From positions 417,578 to 481,577 of the forward strand of contig SCTI01000002.1 of NCBI GenBank assembly GCA_004297735.1: a DNA stretch of 64,000 nucleotides, in the 5' to 3' direction. Under the pieces are notes generated by a model. That model searched no databases and was not told where the DNA came from. It saw only the letters and a program-made list of their open reading frames with translations. This document shows positions 1 to 9,023 of this stretch, one piece after another (within the stretch, counting starts at the first letter, position 1; every line of letters begins with the position of its first letter). Position numbers and translations under genes: made by a program. Source of the DNA: Patescibacteria group bacterium. GTDB lineage: Bacteria > Patescibacteriota > Saccharimonadia > UBA4664 > SCTI01.

Positions 1-1215
1 GTTGAGCTATATAACGCCAGTAGTCAGCCGGTATCGGTTGATGGGTGGACTATTGAATATAAATCAGCGACCTCAACCGATGTAGCGAGTAGTTGGTCGC
101 GCAAAGCCACATTGTCGGGCTCAGTGGCGGGGTTTGGCTATTATTTAGTGGCATCAAGCCAACTATATCCTGAGTCTGACAGTGAATGGAGCTCTACTCT
201 ATCTAGCACCGGCGGCCATGTAAGGGTTAAAGATGGTGCTGGCAAGGTAAGTGATTTGGTCGGTTATGGCACCACGGCTAACGCTGCTGAGGGGACGCCA
301 ATGCCGGCACCCGCCAGCGGTAAAAGCATCGAGCGAATGCCGGGTGCACTTAACCCGCTAGCCGGTAATGGCGTCGATACCGGCAATAATGTGCTTGATT
401 TTATGGTTCGGGATGAGCCGCAGCCCCAATCCACTCAATCTGCCATAGAGACTTTTGATCCGATCATACCGGTTCCGGAGGCGGACCCAATTGAGACGCC
501 TGCAGTGCCTACATTACCAACGGCTTATCCTGCTTTAGAAATCACTGAACTGCTGGTTAATCCAGCCTCACCGCTAAGTGACGACCAGGATGAGTTCATT
601 GAGTTATATAACCCAAATTCTTTTCCAGTGAATGTTCAGGGCTACCAGCTACGCACGGGGAGCAATTTTACAAGCAGTTACGTTATACCGCCCTTGCAAA
701 TCGGGCCGTATGAATATGCTGCTTTTAAGTCGGAGCAGACGGGTTTAAGTCTGACTAATAGCGGTGGCGCCGTTCGGCTACTTGATCCGTCTGGAGCAAT
801 GACTGATCAAACCGAAACATACGGTCAGGCCCCTGACGGCCAATCTTGGGCTAAGTTTGTTGATGGATGGAGGTGGACGCTGGAAACAACTTTCGGTAAG
901 CCAAATATTGCGGTAGGGTTGGTAGCTACAGTGAAGCCCAAAAAAATCGCCGCCAAAAAGACGACCGCCAAGAAGCCGGCGGAGGTAAAAGTAGCTAAGG
1001 CTAAGAGCTCCAAAGCTCCAAAAAATACTAAAAAGAAGACCGGATCATCATCTCCGGTGCAAGTCGCAGGGGCTCGCTTGCAACCCGCAACTTGGTTGAT
1101 TATCCTCCTAGCTATCCTTACCATAGGATATGCAACCTATGAATTCCGTAACGACATTCGAAACCTCTTCTATCGACTTAAAAGCCGTTTCGCGGCTGGC
1201 CGGCCTGATCGCTAA
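1..1215 (+). CDS. Lamin-tail-domain (LTD) protein, 5'-partial; C-terminal lysine-rich basic tail followed by a single TM anchor
   Basis: Frame is open from nt 1; the 112..1215 ORF continues upstream. It translates as VELYNASSQPVSVDGWTIEY, and later ITELLVNPASP...DEFIELYNPNSFPVNVQGYQLRTGS, which are classic LTD motifs. The tail is KPKKIAAKKTTAKKPAEVKVAKAKSSKAPKNTKKK, then the hydrophobic TWLIILLAILTIGYATY. Confidence 0.7.
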   Translation, partial: VELYNASSQPVSVDGWTIEYKSATSTDVASSWSRKATLSGSVAGFGYYLVASSQLYPESDSEWSSTLSSTGGHVRVKDGAGKVSDLVGYGTTANAAEGTPMPAPASGKSIERMPGALNPLAGNGVDTGNNVLDFMVRDEPQPQSTQSAIETFDPIIPVPEADPIETPAVPTLPTAYPALEITELLVNPASPLSDDQDEFIELYNPNSFPVNVQGYQLRTGSNFTSSYVIPPLQIGPYEYAAFKSEQTGLSLTNSGGAVRLLDPSGAMTDQTETYGQAPDGQSWAKFVDGWRWTLETTFGKPNIAVGLVATVKPKKIAAKKTTAKKPAEVKVAKAKSSKAPKNTKKKTGSSSPVQVAGARLQPATWLIILLAILTIGYATYEFRNDIRNLFYRLKSRFAAGRPDR

Positions 1216-1630
1216 GCACCTCGCTGGCGGCGATGTGCTGGAGCTGGTTGGTGATCTTGGAGCCGGCAAGACCACCTTTGTGCAGCTGCTCCTTAAGAAT
1301 CTTGGCTACGAGGGCGAGGTTTCTAGCCCAACCTTTACGGTTCATCGCAGTTACCCGATTCCGGCAGGTAAGCAGGTTCATCATCTCGACTTCTACCGGA
1401 TCGGCGGCCAGGATGTGGTGACGCAAGAGGTTCAGGAGCTGATGGGTAGGTCGGACGAAATTGTTTGTATTGAATGGGCCGATCAAGGGGCGGGAGAACT
1501 ACCGGATAAGCGGCTGAGGATCGAACTTGAATATGGTGAAACCGCTGACCTCCGGGTGGTAAAAGTGAGCGATATGGGCGGTCACTATACTCAATTAATG
1601 CAGGAGCTAAAAGATGTATTTGGCACTTAG
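1130..1630 (+). CDS. tsaE: tRNA t6A37 biosynthesis protein TsaE (YjeE family P-loop ATPase)
   Basis: VLELVGDLGAGKTTFVQ Walker A in the TsaE context, about 160 aa. It overlaps the end of the LTD gene by about 80 nt. The alternative start is the ATG at 1139. Confidence 0.8.
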   Translation: MQPMNSVTTFETSSIDLKAVSRLAGLIAKHLAGGDVLELVGDLGAGKTTFVQLLLKNLGYEGEVSSPTFTVHRSYPIPAGKQVHHLDFYRIGGQDVVTQEVQELMGRSDEIVCIEWADQGAGELPDKRLRIELEYGETADLRVVKVSDMGGHYTQLMQELKDVFGT

Positions 1631-2006
1631 AACCGATTCCGAAATCACCAAAATGTACTTACTCAACGATTCAGGCGAGGAGATAAAACAGGAGGAATGG
1701 CTGTCTGAGAGACGATTGGCCGATGAGTTGCTTGGACGGCTGGAGGGCTTCTTGAAGTCGGCCAATCAGACGTGGGATGACGTGACTGGCCTGGTTGTTT
1801 TTTTGGGACCTGGTTCGTTTACTGGTCTCCGCATTGGAATTACGGTAATGAATACAATCGCTTTTACAAAGCACATTCCTATTGCTGGCACAAAGCATGA
1901 CGACTGGCTGGTTGACGGTGCTTCGCAGCTGGCAAACGGCGAAGATGACAAGCAATGCGTGCCCTTTTATGGGGCGGAGCCGAATATTACCAAACCAAAG
2001 CGCTAA
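1614..2006 (+). CDS. tsaB: TsaB/YeaZ-like (inactive Kae1 paralog), short 130-aa form
   Basis: MYLALRTDSEITKMYLL...GLVVFLGPGSFTGLRIGITVMNTIAF is the conserved TsaB N-terminal core. Its start overlaps the tsaE stop. Confidence 0.75.
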   Translation: MYLALRTDSEITKMYLLNDSGEEIKQEEWLSERRLADELLGRLEGFLKSANQTWDDVTGLVVFLGPGSFTGLRIGITVMNTIAFTKHIPIAGTKHDDWLVDGASQLANGEDDKQCVPFYGAEPNITKPKR

Positions 2007-2169
2007 GTTGCCTTGACGAAGCCGTTGCGGGCGAGCTTAAATAGAGGTATTGAATTTTAACGTGCTGACTTTGCAGACTATCGACGCACGCTGATATACA
2101 ATCTGGTTTTTGATGAATCTGTATCCGCATTCGACGGGTCTGCGCTCAGCGCCTACATGGGAGGGCGTT

Positions 2170-3687
2170 ATGGAGATTTTGGTATTGTTGGCTGGCATTG
2201 GGCTGGGGAGCGCCGGAGGTTATGGGGTTCAAACCTATGTTTCGCGCCGCAAGACAGACACGGCGGCATCTAAGGCTAAAGCGTTGGTTGATGAGGCTAA
2301 GCGTAAGGCGCAGGATGTGACGCTTGAAGCCAAGGAACAGGCCTTAAAGATTGCCGAAGAGGCGAAGGCTGAAGAAAAGGATCGCCGTCAGAGACTAAAC
2401 GATTTAGAAACCAGACTGGCTCAGCGCGAAAGCACGCTTGATCGTAAGTTGGATGACTTAGATAAGCGATCGGAGAACCTTCGGGCCAGTGAGGCTGGAC
2501 TGGCGGACTTAAAGGAGGATTTAAAAAAGTTGCGCGCCAAGCAAGAGCAAAATCTGGAAAAGATTGCCAAGCTCAGCCAAAAAGAGGCCAAAGAAAAGTT
2601 GATGAAGATGGTCGAAAAAGATACCAAAGATGATCTGACCGCCCTCATTGCCAAGCTACAGTCGGAGGCCAAAGAACAGGCCGAGGAGGATGGCAGGATG
2701 GTGCTGGTAACCGCCATGGAGCGAATCGCGTCGGAGCAGTCGGCCGAACGCACCGTTACCACGGTTCCGCTGCCTAGCGATGAGCTCAAGGGTCGAGTAA
2801 TTGGCAAAGAGGGCCGCAACATTCAGGCGATTGAGAGGCTGACCGGCGTTGACGTCCTGGTTGACGACACCCCAGGCGTGATTGTGCTATCGAGCTTTGA
2901 CCCAATTCGTCGTCAGATTGCCAGGGTTACCCTAGAGAAGCTGCTGTCCGATGGTCGAATTCACCCAGCTCGAATTGAAGAGGTGGTCGAAAAGGCTAAA
3001 AAAGAGATCGATAAAACCACCAAAGAGGCAGGTGAGCAGGCGGTTAAGGATGCTGGCGTGGTTGGGCTGCCGGTGGAGCTGGTTAAGCTGCTGGGCCAAC
3101 TGCGTTACCGCACCTCGTATGGTCAGAATGTGCTTAAGCACTCGGTTGAGATGGCCAATCTTGCTGGTATGATTGCAGCCGAGGTTGGCGCCGACCAGCG
3201 GGTGGCAAAAACCGCATCGCTGCTGCATGACTTGGGTAAGGCTCTGACTCATGAGATTGAAGGTCAGCATCATCACATCTCGCGCGACTTAGCGGCTAAG
3301 TATGGTTTGGATGAGGCTGTCTGTCATGCGATTGAGGCCCACCATGACGACATTGAGCCAACCACACCCGAGGCGGTAATTGTACGAGTGGTTGACGGGC
3401 TGAGCGGTGCTCGGCCAGGTGCTCGGGGTGACAGTTTTGAAAATTACGCCAAGCGCATGACCGAGCTAGAAAACTTGGCCAACACCTTTAAGGGTGTCCA
3501 AAAAAGCTACGCTGTTTCGGCCGGGCGCGAGCTGCGCGTACTGGTAGTACCAGAGGCAATTGATGACCTAACTGCCATTAAGTTGGCTCGCGATATCGCC
3601 ACCAAGGTAGAGGCAACGCTTAAATATCCAGGCGTCATTAAGGTTAATGTGATTCGCGAAACTCGTGCCATTGAGTACGCCAAGTAG
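2170..3687 (+). CDS. rny: Ribonuclease Y (N-terminal TM, coiled coil, KH and HD domains)
   Basis: N-terminal TM MEILVLLAGIGLG, KH motif VIGKEGRNIQAIE, HD motif LLHDLGKA...HH. A GGGAGGG RBS lies 5 nt before the ATG at 2170. The ORF track starts the frame at 2110. Confidence 0.9.
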   Translation: MEILVLLAGIGLGSAGGYGVQTYVSRRKTDTAASKAKALVDEAKRKAQDVTLEAKEQALKIAEEAKAEEKDRRQRLNDLETRLAQRESTLDRKLDDLDKRSENLRASEAGLADLKEDLKKLRAKQEQNLEKIAKLSQKEAKEKLMKMVEKDTKDDLTALIAKLQSEAKEQAEEDGRMVLVTAMERIASEQSAERTVTTVPLPSDELKGRVIGKEGRNIQAIERLTGVDVLVDDTPGVIVLSSFDPIRRQIARVTLEKLLSDGRIHPARIEEVVEKAKKEIDKTTKEAGEQAVKDAGVVGLPVELVKLLGQLRYRTSYGQNVLKHSVEMANLAGMIAAEVGADQRVAKTASLLHDLGKALTHEIEGQHHHISRDLAAKYGLDEAVCHAIEAHHDDIEPTTPEAVIVRVVDGLSGARPGARGDSFENYAKRMTELENLANTFKGVQKSYAVSAGRELRVLVVPEAIDDLTAIKLARDIATKVEATLKYPGVIKVNVIRETRAIEYAK

Positions 3688-3690
3688 CAT

Positions 3691-4515
3691 TTGAGTCAAA
3701 AAAGCGCTACAGTAAAGCCCATGAAGATTTTGTACGTTGGTGATATTACCGGCAAGCCAGGGCGGGAGACAGCTCAGGCGGTATTGCCAGATTTAATTAA
3801 AAAGCACAGCGTTGACTTGGTTATCGCCCAGGGCGAAAACGTTTCTCATGGCAAAGGTTTGCAGGTTAATCATGCCGATGAGCTAGAGCAGGCCGGCATT
3901 CAAGTTTTTACTGGCGGCAATCATTCGTTGATGCGACTGGATGCGCTTAGTCAAAAAGCTAACGTAATTCGCCCTGCTAATCTGACCGAGGGTACACCTG
4001 GCAAGGGCTACACTACCGTTGAGACCAGTTTTGGAACGGTGCTGGTTGTGAGTCTGCAGGGGCAGATCGTGGGTCGTGATGCCGACAAAGAGGTGCTCAA
4101 CCCGTTGACGACCATTGATCAGATACTGGAGCAGCACCGTGGTCAGAAACTGGCTGCAACCATAATTAACTTTCACGGCGACTACTCCAGCGAAAAGGTG
4201 GTGATTGGGCAGTATCTTGATGGCAAGGCCACTGCGGTGATTGGCGACCATTGGCATGTACCAACGGCCGATGCCCAGGTTCTGCCGGGCGGCACAGCTC
4301 ACATTAGCGATGTTGGAATGGTGGGTGCCCTGGACTCTTCGCTGGGGGTGGAGACTGATATTATCGTTCAGCGCTGGAAGAATGCCGAAACAAAGGTGCG
4401 CAACGAAATGGAAGAAGGCGGTCGCCGTCAGTTTAACGCAGTGTTAATCGATGTTGACACCTCAACCGCTTTGGCGCGATCAATTGAATTGATTCGCCAG
4501 GTTATCCCCGCATAA
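3691..4515 (+). CDS. ymdB: YmdB-like metallophosphoesterase (2',3'-cyclic nucleotide phosphodiesterase, TIGR00282 family)
   Basis: MKILYVGDITGKPGRE...VIAQGENVSHGKG...NFHGDYSSEKV. It is the conserved partner immediately downstream of rny. The probable start is the ATG at 3721. Confidence 0.85.
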   Translation: MSQKSATVKPMKILYVGDITGKPGRETAQAVLPDLIKKHSVDLVIAQGENVSHGKGLQVNHADELEQAGIQVFTGGNHSLMRLDALSQKANVIRPANLTEGTPGKGYTTVETSFGTVLVVSLQGQIVGRDADKEVLNPLTTIDQILEQHRGQKLAATIINFHGDYSSEKVVIGQYLDGKATAVIGDHWHVPTADAQVLPGGTAHISDVGMVGALDSSLGVETDIIVQRWKNAETKVRNEMEEGGRRQFNAVLIDVDTSTALARSIELIRQVIPA

Positions 4516-4519
4516 TTTG

Positions 4520-4795
4520 TTAATCTATAAATAAGCGCCATCTTGAGTCTGGCGGCAGCTTAGACGAAAATCTTTTTATTAAAAAATATATTACTATCCA
4601 TCCTGCAATAAAAACTCCCAGGGCTAATAAGCTTGGTGGCTCACCATTAACTCGACCGTCGATTAAGTAATGTACAAGGAATGAGAGAATAAGAGCTGCG
4701 ATAGCTGAAAGATAATAGGTCTTCCTGTAGGACTCCCTATGTATCGCTATTCGTGTCTGTCGAACATCTTCTTTTTTAGTAGATGACATACTCAC
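4520..4795 (-). CDS. Small hypothetical membrane protein
   Basis: 91-aa ORF with two hydrophobic helices (LSAIAALILSFLVHYLI, LALGVFIAGWIVIYFLI). AT-rich. Confidence 0.4.
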   Translation of the reverse strand: MSMSSTKKEDVRQTRIAIHRESYRKTYYLSAIAALILSFLVHYLIDGRVNGEPPSLLALGVFIAGWIVIYFLIKRFSSKLPPDSRWRLFID

Positions 4796-4875
4796 ATATT
4801 AACTCAACATAATCGCTTGGTATAGGCTCTAAATATCTGTTAAACTAGATCTTAGTAAGGGGAGGGCGGAGAGCA

Positions 4876-5166
4876 ATGACCAAGCAGAAATTGATCGACA
4901 CTCTAGCGCGCGAAACCTCGCTTAGCAAGCGAGAGGTGGAACAGGTCTTAGTTAAGCTCACCAACATCGTTGGTAAAACGATAAAGGAGGGTGAGAAGGT
5001 TTCGATTACCGGTTTTGGTACCTTTGATCTTGGTAAGCGCGCGGCACGTCGTGGCGTGAACCCACAAACCGGCGAGGAGATTCACATACCGGAGATGCCA
5101 ATGCCGCGATTTCGGGCCGGCAAAAGACTCAAAGAGGTGGTACGACCCGGCTCCTCACAGGTGTAA
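4876..5166 (+). CDS. hup: HU/IHF-family DNA-binding protein
   Basis: MTKQKLIDTLA...GFGTFDLGKRAARRGVNPQTGEEIHIP...RFRAGKRLKE is a canonical HU fold sequence. A GGGGAGGG RBS lies upstream. Confidence 0.9.
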   Translation: MTKQKLIDTLARETSLSKREVEQVLVKLTNIVGKTIKEGEKVSITGFGTFDLGKRAARRGVNPQTGEEIHIPEMPMPRFRAGKRLKEVVRPGSSQV

Positions 5167-5218
5167 AAGATTGCCTTTTAGCCTGCTGGCGGCTATAATA
5201 CCTCAGTTCTCACACCGT

Positions 5219-5295
5219 CGGGGTGTGGCGCAGTTGGCTAGCGCGCCTGCTTTGGGAGCAGGAGGTCGAAGGTTCAAGTCCTTTCACCCCGACCA
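5219..5295 (+). tRNA. tRNA-Pro (anticodon TGG)
   Basis: Cloverleaf with acceptor cggggtg/caccccg, anticodon loop tttggga, T-arm ggttcaagtcc, encoded CCA. Confidence 0.8.
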
Positions 5296-5301
5296 GAATA
5301 T

Positions 5302-5376
5302 GCGGGTGTCGTATAGTGGCTATTATGTCAGCCTTCCAAGCTGAAGACAGGGGTTCAATTCCCCTCACCCGCTCCA
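5302..5376 (+). tRNA. tRNA-Gly (anticodon TCC)
   Basis: Acceptor gcgggtg/cacccgc, anticodon loop cttccaa, T-arm ggttcaattcc, encoded CCA. Confidence 0.8.
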
Positions 5377-5489
5377 GGAATTATTTTATTACCGATAATC
5401 TGGCAAACCGGTTGTTATAACCAAGCATAAGCGTTACAATATACATATCTACCGAAGGGTGGAGAGTTCGATATTTTTGGAGATGCTGG

Positions 5490-8400
5490 TTGGAAGACAA
5501 AAGCTTGCAACAACCTGGACTGACAGGTAGTCAACCCCAGCGAACATCTGGCCCGCCTCAAACGGGTGGTTTAGTGTACCAAAGCGACATTACTCGACCG
5601 CAGCAATTATTGGGCCAACAGGTTGGGGGATTGGCGCAGTCGTTGGGCGCACCAGAACCGTCTAGCGTACCGGCGGAGTCAAGTGTTGCGCCTGAAACGA
5701 CGCCAGCAGTATCAGAGCCTGAGGTTGAAAGTAACCCAGAACCAACTCCCATTCCGGTTACCAACGATGTAACTCCACCTCCAGTGGCAGCTGATCCCGA
5801 ACCTACTCCAGCGGTTGCCGCGCCAGAACCGGTAGCTGGATCCTTAACCGGCGCCCTGGGTTCAGCCGAGGCAATTTCGCCACCGCTACCACCAGCCAAA
5901 TCCGAGGTTGCCAGCCCCTCGCCGACCGGTCCGTCGCGCCCCCGCCTGGGCCGTTTACGAATTGTACTTATCTTGCTGGTAGGACTGTTAATTATTGCCA
6001 TGCTAGCCCCGATTGCTTATCTGGGTTTTGCTAATTTACGCTCTAAGTCGGGTAGCGCTAATAACAAGGTTAATGGGGACTATACCGTTACCACCATACC
6101 GCTAAACGACTTGGTTAAAAGCGGGGACATTTCGTTTGATGCTTCGCGGCGAGTAAACATCAACGGCCAGCTTAAGATTAATAACTCGTTTGTGCTGACG
6201 CCTTCAGATACCCCTGACAATCCGCTGATTGGGCAGTTTTACCTTAACAACCAGAACACCACGCTGTACTACTACAACGGCAACTCATTTGTCGACTTAG
6301 TGACCGGCACACAGCTGGCGCAACTGACCACTACCGTAAATCAGACTCAGGCAATTGCCAATCAGGCTGCCTCCCAGACCATAACTTTGCCTCAAGACTT
6401 GGCAGTGACCGCCACACCAACCTTTGCCGGGTTGAATTTAAGTCAGCCGCTACCAATTGCAAGTGGCGGTACCGGAGCAACTACCGCAGCAGGTGCGCTT
6501 ACAAATCTTGGGGCGGCAGCTAGTGGCGCTAACAGCGACATCACCAGCTTGAACGCGCTGACTGCAATCAGCCCAACTACTGGAGTAACCTACCAGTTTG
6601 CGCCAGCAGTTGCCGGCACCTACGACCTGTGTTCGACCGCGGGTAACTGCGCTGGTGTGGGTGGTGGTGTGACAACCATCGGAGGCACTCCTGGCAGAAT
6701 TGCCAAGTTTAGCGCCGCCCAGGGCATTGTTGACTCGCTGTTGAGCGAAAGCGGGAGCACTGTCACCGCTAATGGAGATCTGGCTGTGACCGGCGGCGAT
6801 CTGGATTTGGGTAACGGAGTTAATCTTGATAGCGCGGTGGCCGATAGTCTGCATGTTGACGCCTCGCTGAACGTGGAAGGTACAATAACCAGCTTCTTGC
6901 AGATCTATTCATCTGAAAGTATTGTTGCGCGAAATGGGTCGAGTAATAAGGTGAGGATCGGTAATGTGGGTCCAAGTAATGAGGCGGGAATTACCTTTAG
7001 TAGCCTGGAGGACGTTAGTATTTACCGCAGTACGGCCGGTACGCTCAAGACCAACGGCAACTTCATTGTTCAGCCAGGTACGAACTCAACCACGGCTTTC
7101 CAGGTTCAAAATGCGGCTGGTACCAGTAACCTACTGGTGGCGGACACTACAAATACGCGCATTGGTATTGGGACGGCGGGGCCAAACTACACCCTAGATG
7201 TTGACGGAGACATTAATACCGGCAGTACCTACCGGATTAATGGAACCTCAATCTGTATATTGAGTGGCTGTGTGCCGTCTTCTGGGTCAAGTGCTTACAT
7301 TCAGAACGGCACGGTGCCGCAAGATGCCAACTACTACTTGCGCAGTGCCGCCGCCAACCAGATCACCGGTATACTGCAGGGCGCGGTTGGCCAGACGGCT
7401 GATCTGATTCAACTACGTAATCAAGCGGGCGGAATTGTTACTAGTGTGGGGGCTGACGGTAACGCTACCTTTACCACCACCAGCAACTCGGCGACCGCCT
7501 TCCAGATTCAGAATTCCAGCGGCCAAAATCTACTGGTGGCCGACACCAGCAACCAGCGATTGGCAATTGGCCCAGCCGCCTCACCGGCAAACAGCGTGTT
7601 GACTGTGGGCTCAAACACGACCGCGGCTAGCGGGGGAATTACTTTTGGGACCGATACTAATTTGTATCGTAGTGCCGCTAATCGGCTAAAGACCGACGAT
7701 AGCTTACAGGTTACAGGTGCTGGTGCATTTGGGAGTTCAGCAACCATACACGATATTGGTGCTATCCGGTCAACGATCAGCGCATCCGAAACCTATAGTG
7801 ATGCTTCCGCAGCAAGCTACATAACTGGCATTGATAATGAGTTGCATTTGAATTCTGACGCTAACGCCACGACCACAATCACGGGTATAGGTAACAGCGT
7901 TTTTCTGAATGGCTCCGGGTCTTACTCTAACTCTGCTGTATCGAGTCAAAATATTCTTTATAACTATAGTACTTCTGCCAGCGCATTAACTGGAGTTGAT
8001 AATAGAGTGGTAAACGAAGGGGACGTGGGCACGGCAATCGGGGGCTACAACGTGTACTCCACAAGTTATGGCACCACCAATCTTGCTCAAGGCTTGGTGT
8101 CGCAAATTTTAGCCACCAGTGAGGCTAATATAACTTCGGCTACGGGGGTATCGGCCGGTATTTCGAATCTTGGAACGGGTACCATAAACAACGGCTATGG
8201 CCTGCTTGTTACAACTGCGGTTAATTCGGGTGGTGGTGTCTTCCAAAACAACTACGGTATGTATATACAAGACCAGTCAGGGGTCGGTTCAACCAATAGC
8301 TACAACTTGTATTCGGCTGGGGTGAACGCAAAGAACTACATTGCTGGACTGCTCCAAGTTGGCACAACCAGCACGCCAACTCAGGCTGGAACAAACTTAC

Positions 8401-9023
8401 TAGCAAGCAATGTTGAGATAGGTGGAGCGTTAAGAGTGGGAGACGCAACCAACAACGTTCAGTTTGACGGAACTACTAAAAAGCTCATCTACAACGGTAC
8501 GGCTCGTCAGAATGTACGAGTGAGTATGAATCCGGAATACCAAGGAGCTGTGTTGACCGGTGATGGCTCGAATAACACCGGCACCATGACCACCGATTTC
8601 TGTTCTGGTTCGTCCCGCCTAAGCATCAACACCAGCGTCTGTGGTGCCACCGATGAGTACAACTACTACTCCTGGATAGGCTCTGGCGGAACCACCGATT
8701 ACGACGTGTATGTGCGCTGGCAGGTGCCAAGTAACTTCTCGGCCTTTAAAGACGCTAACGCAATCAATTTGCGTGGTTGGCGTTCAACTTCGAGCGAAAA
8801 GGTTGAGCTGGCCATGTTCCAGCAAAACGGCACCCAGTGTGGTAGCACCACCGAGGTTAACAGTAGTAACACTACCTGGCAGAGCACCAATATGACCGGC
8901 GACGAAACCGCTTGTAGTGTGAGCGCTGATGATGTGATAACCTTCCGCATTCGACTTACAGCCAGTTCGAGTGGCTACGCTCGGGCCGGATTGTTGGAAA
9001 TTAATTATCTGAGCAAGTTCTAA
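5490..9023 (+). CDS. Giant membrane-anchored surface protein with tail-fibre-like repeats (1177 aa)
   Basis: TTG start with a GGAG RBS. Pro/Thr/Glu-rich N-terminus, single TM (LRIVLILLVGLLIIAMLAPIAYLGF), then a Ser/Thr/Asn/Gly-rich ectodomain. It carries the motif IASGGTGATTAAGALTNLGA and repeated NLLVADT.N.R.GIG...P...L.V.GD units that resemble phage tail-fibre or hemagglutinin repeats. Confidence 0.6.
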   Translation: MEDKSLQQPGLTGSQPQRTSGPPQTGGLVYQSDITRPQQLLGQQVGGLAQSLGAPEPSSVPAESSVAPETTPAVSEPEVESNPEPTPIPVTNDVTPPPVAADPEPTPAVAAPEPVAGSLTGALGSAEAISPPLPPAKSEVASPSPTGPSRPRLGRLRIVLILLVGLLIIAMLAPIAYLGFANLRSKSGSANNKVNGDYTVTTIPLNDLVKSGDISFDASRRVNINGQLKINNSFVLTPSDTPDNPLIGQFYLNNQNTTLYYYNGNSFVDLVTGTQLAQLTTTVNQTQAIANQAASQTITLPQDLAVTATPTFAGLNLSQPLPIASGGTGATTAAGALTNLGAAASGANSDITSLNALTAISPTTGVTYQFAPAVAGTYDLCSTAGNCAGVGGGVTTIGGTPGRIAKFSAAQGIVDSLLSESGSTVTANGDLAVTGGDLDLGNGVNLDSAVADSLHVDASLNVEGTITSFLQIYSSESIVARNGSSNKVRIGNVGPSNEAGITFSSLEDVSIYRSTAGTLKTNGNFIVQPGTNSTTAFQVQNAAGTSNLLVADTTNTRIGIGTAGPNYTLDVDGDINTGSTYRINGTSICILSGCVPSSGSSAYIQNGTVPQDANYYLRSAAANQITGILQGAVGQTADLIQLRNQAGGIVTSVGADGNATFTTTSNSATAFQIQNSSGQNLLVADTSNQRLAIGPAASPANSVLTVGSNTTAASGGITFGTDTNLYRSAANRLKTDDSLQVTGAGAFGSSATIHDIGAIRSTISASETYSDASAASYITGIDNELHLNSDANATTTITGIGNSVFLNGSGSYSNSAVSSQNILYNYSTSASALTGVDNRVVNEGDVGTAIGGYNVYSTSYGTTNLAQGLVSQILATSEANITSATGVSAGISNLGTGTINNGYGLLVTTAVNSGGGVFQNNYGMYIQDQSGVGSTNSYNLYSAGVNAKNYIAGLLQVGTTSTPTQAGTNLLASNVEIGGALRVGDATNNVQFDGTTKKLIYNGTARQNVRVSMNPEYQGAVLTGDGSNNTGTMTTDFCSGSSRLSINTSVCGATDEYNYYSWIGSGGTTDYDVYVRWQVPSNFSAFKDANAINLRGWRSTSSEKVELAMFQQNGTQCGSTTEVNSSNTTWQSTNMTGDETACSVSADDVITFRIRLTASSSGYARAGLLEINYLSKF

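Noticed and set aside
2421-2822. 133-aa antisense ORF within rny, and similar antisense ORFs in ymdB, murA, pcrA, pgk and the GH13 gene
   Set aside because: They lie antisense to strongly supported conserved genes, and their translations are Ser/Arg-rich and low complexity.
5223-5420. 65-aa ORF in the tRNA-Pro/tRNA-Gly region
   Set aside because: It is entirely overlapped by two well-folding tRNA genes. It is an artefact of GC-rich tRNA sequence.
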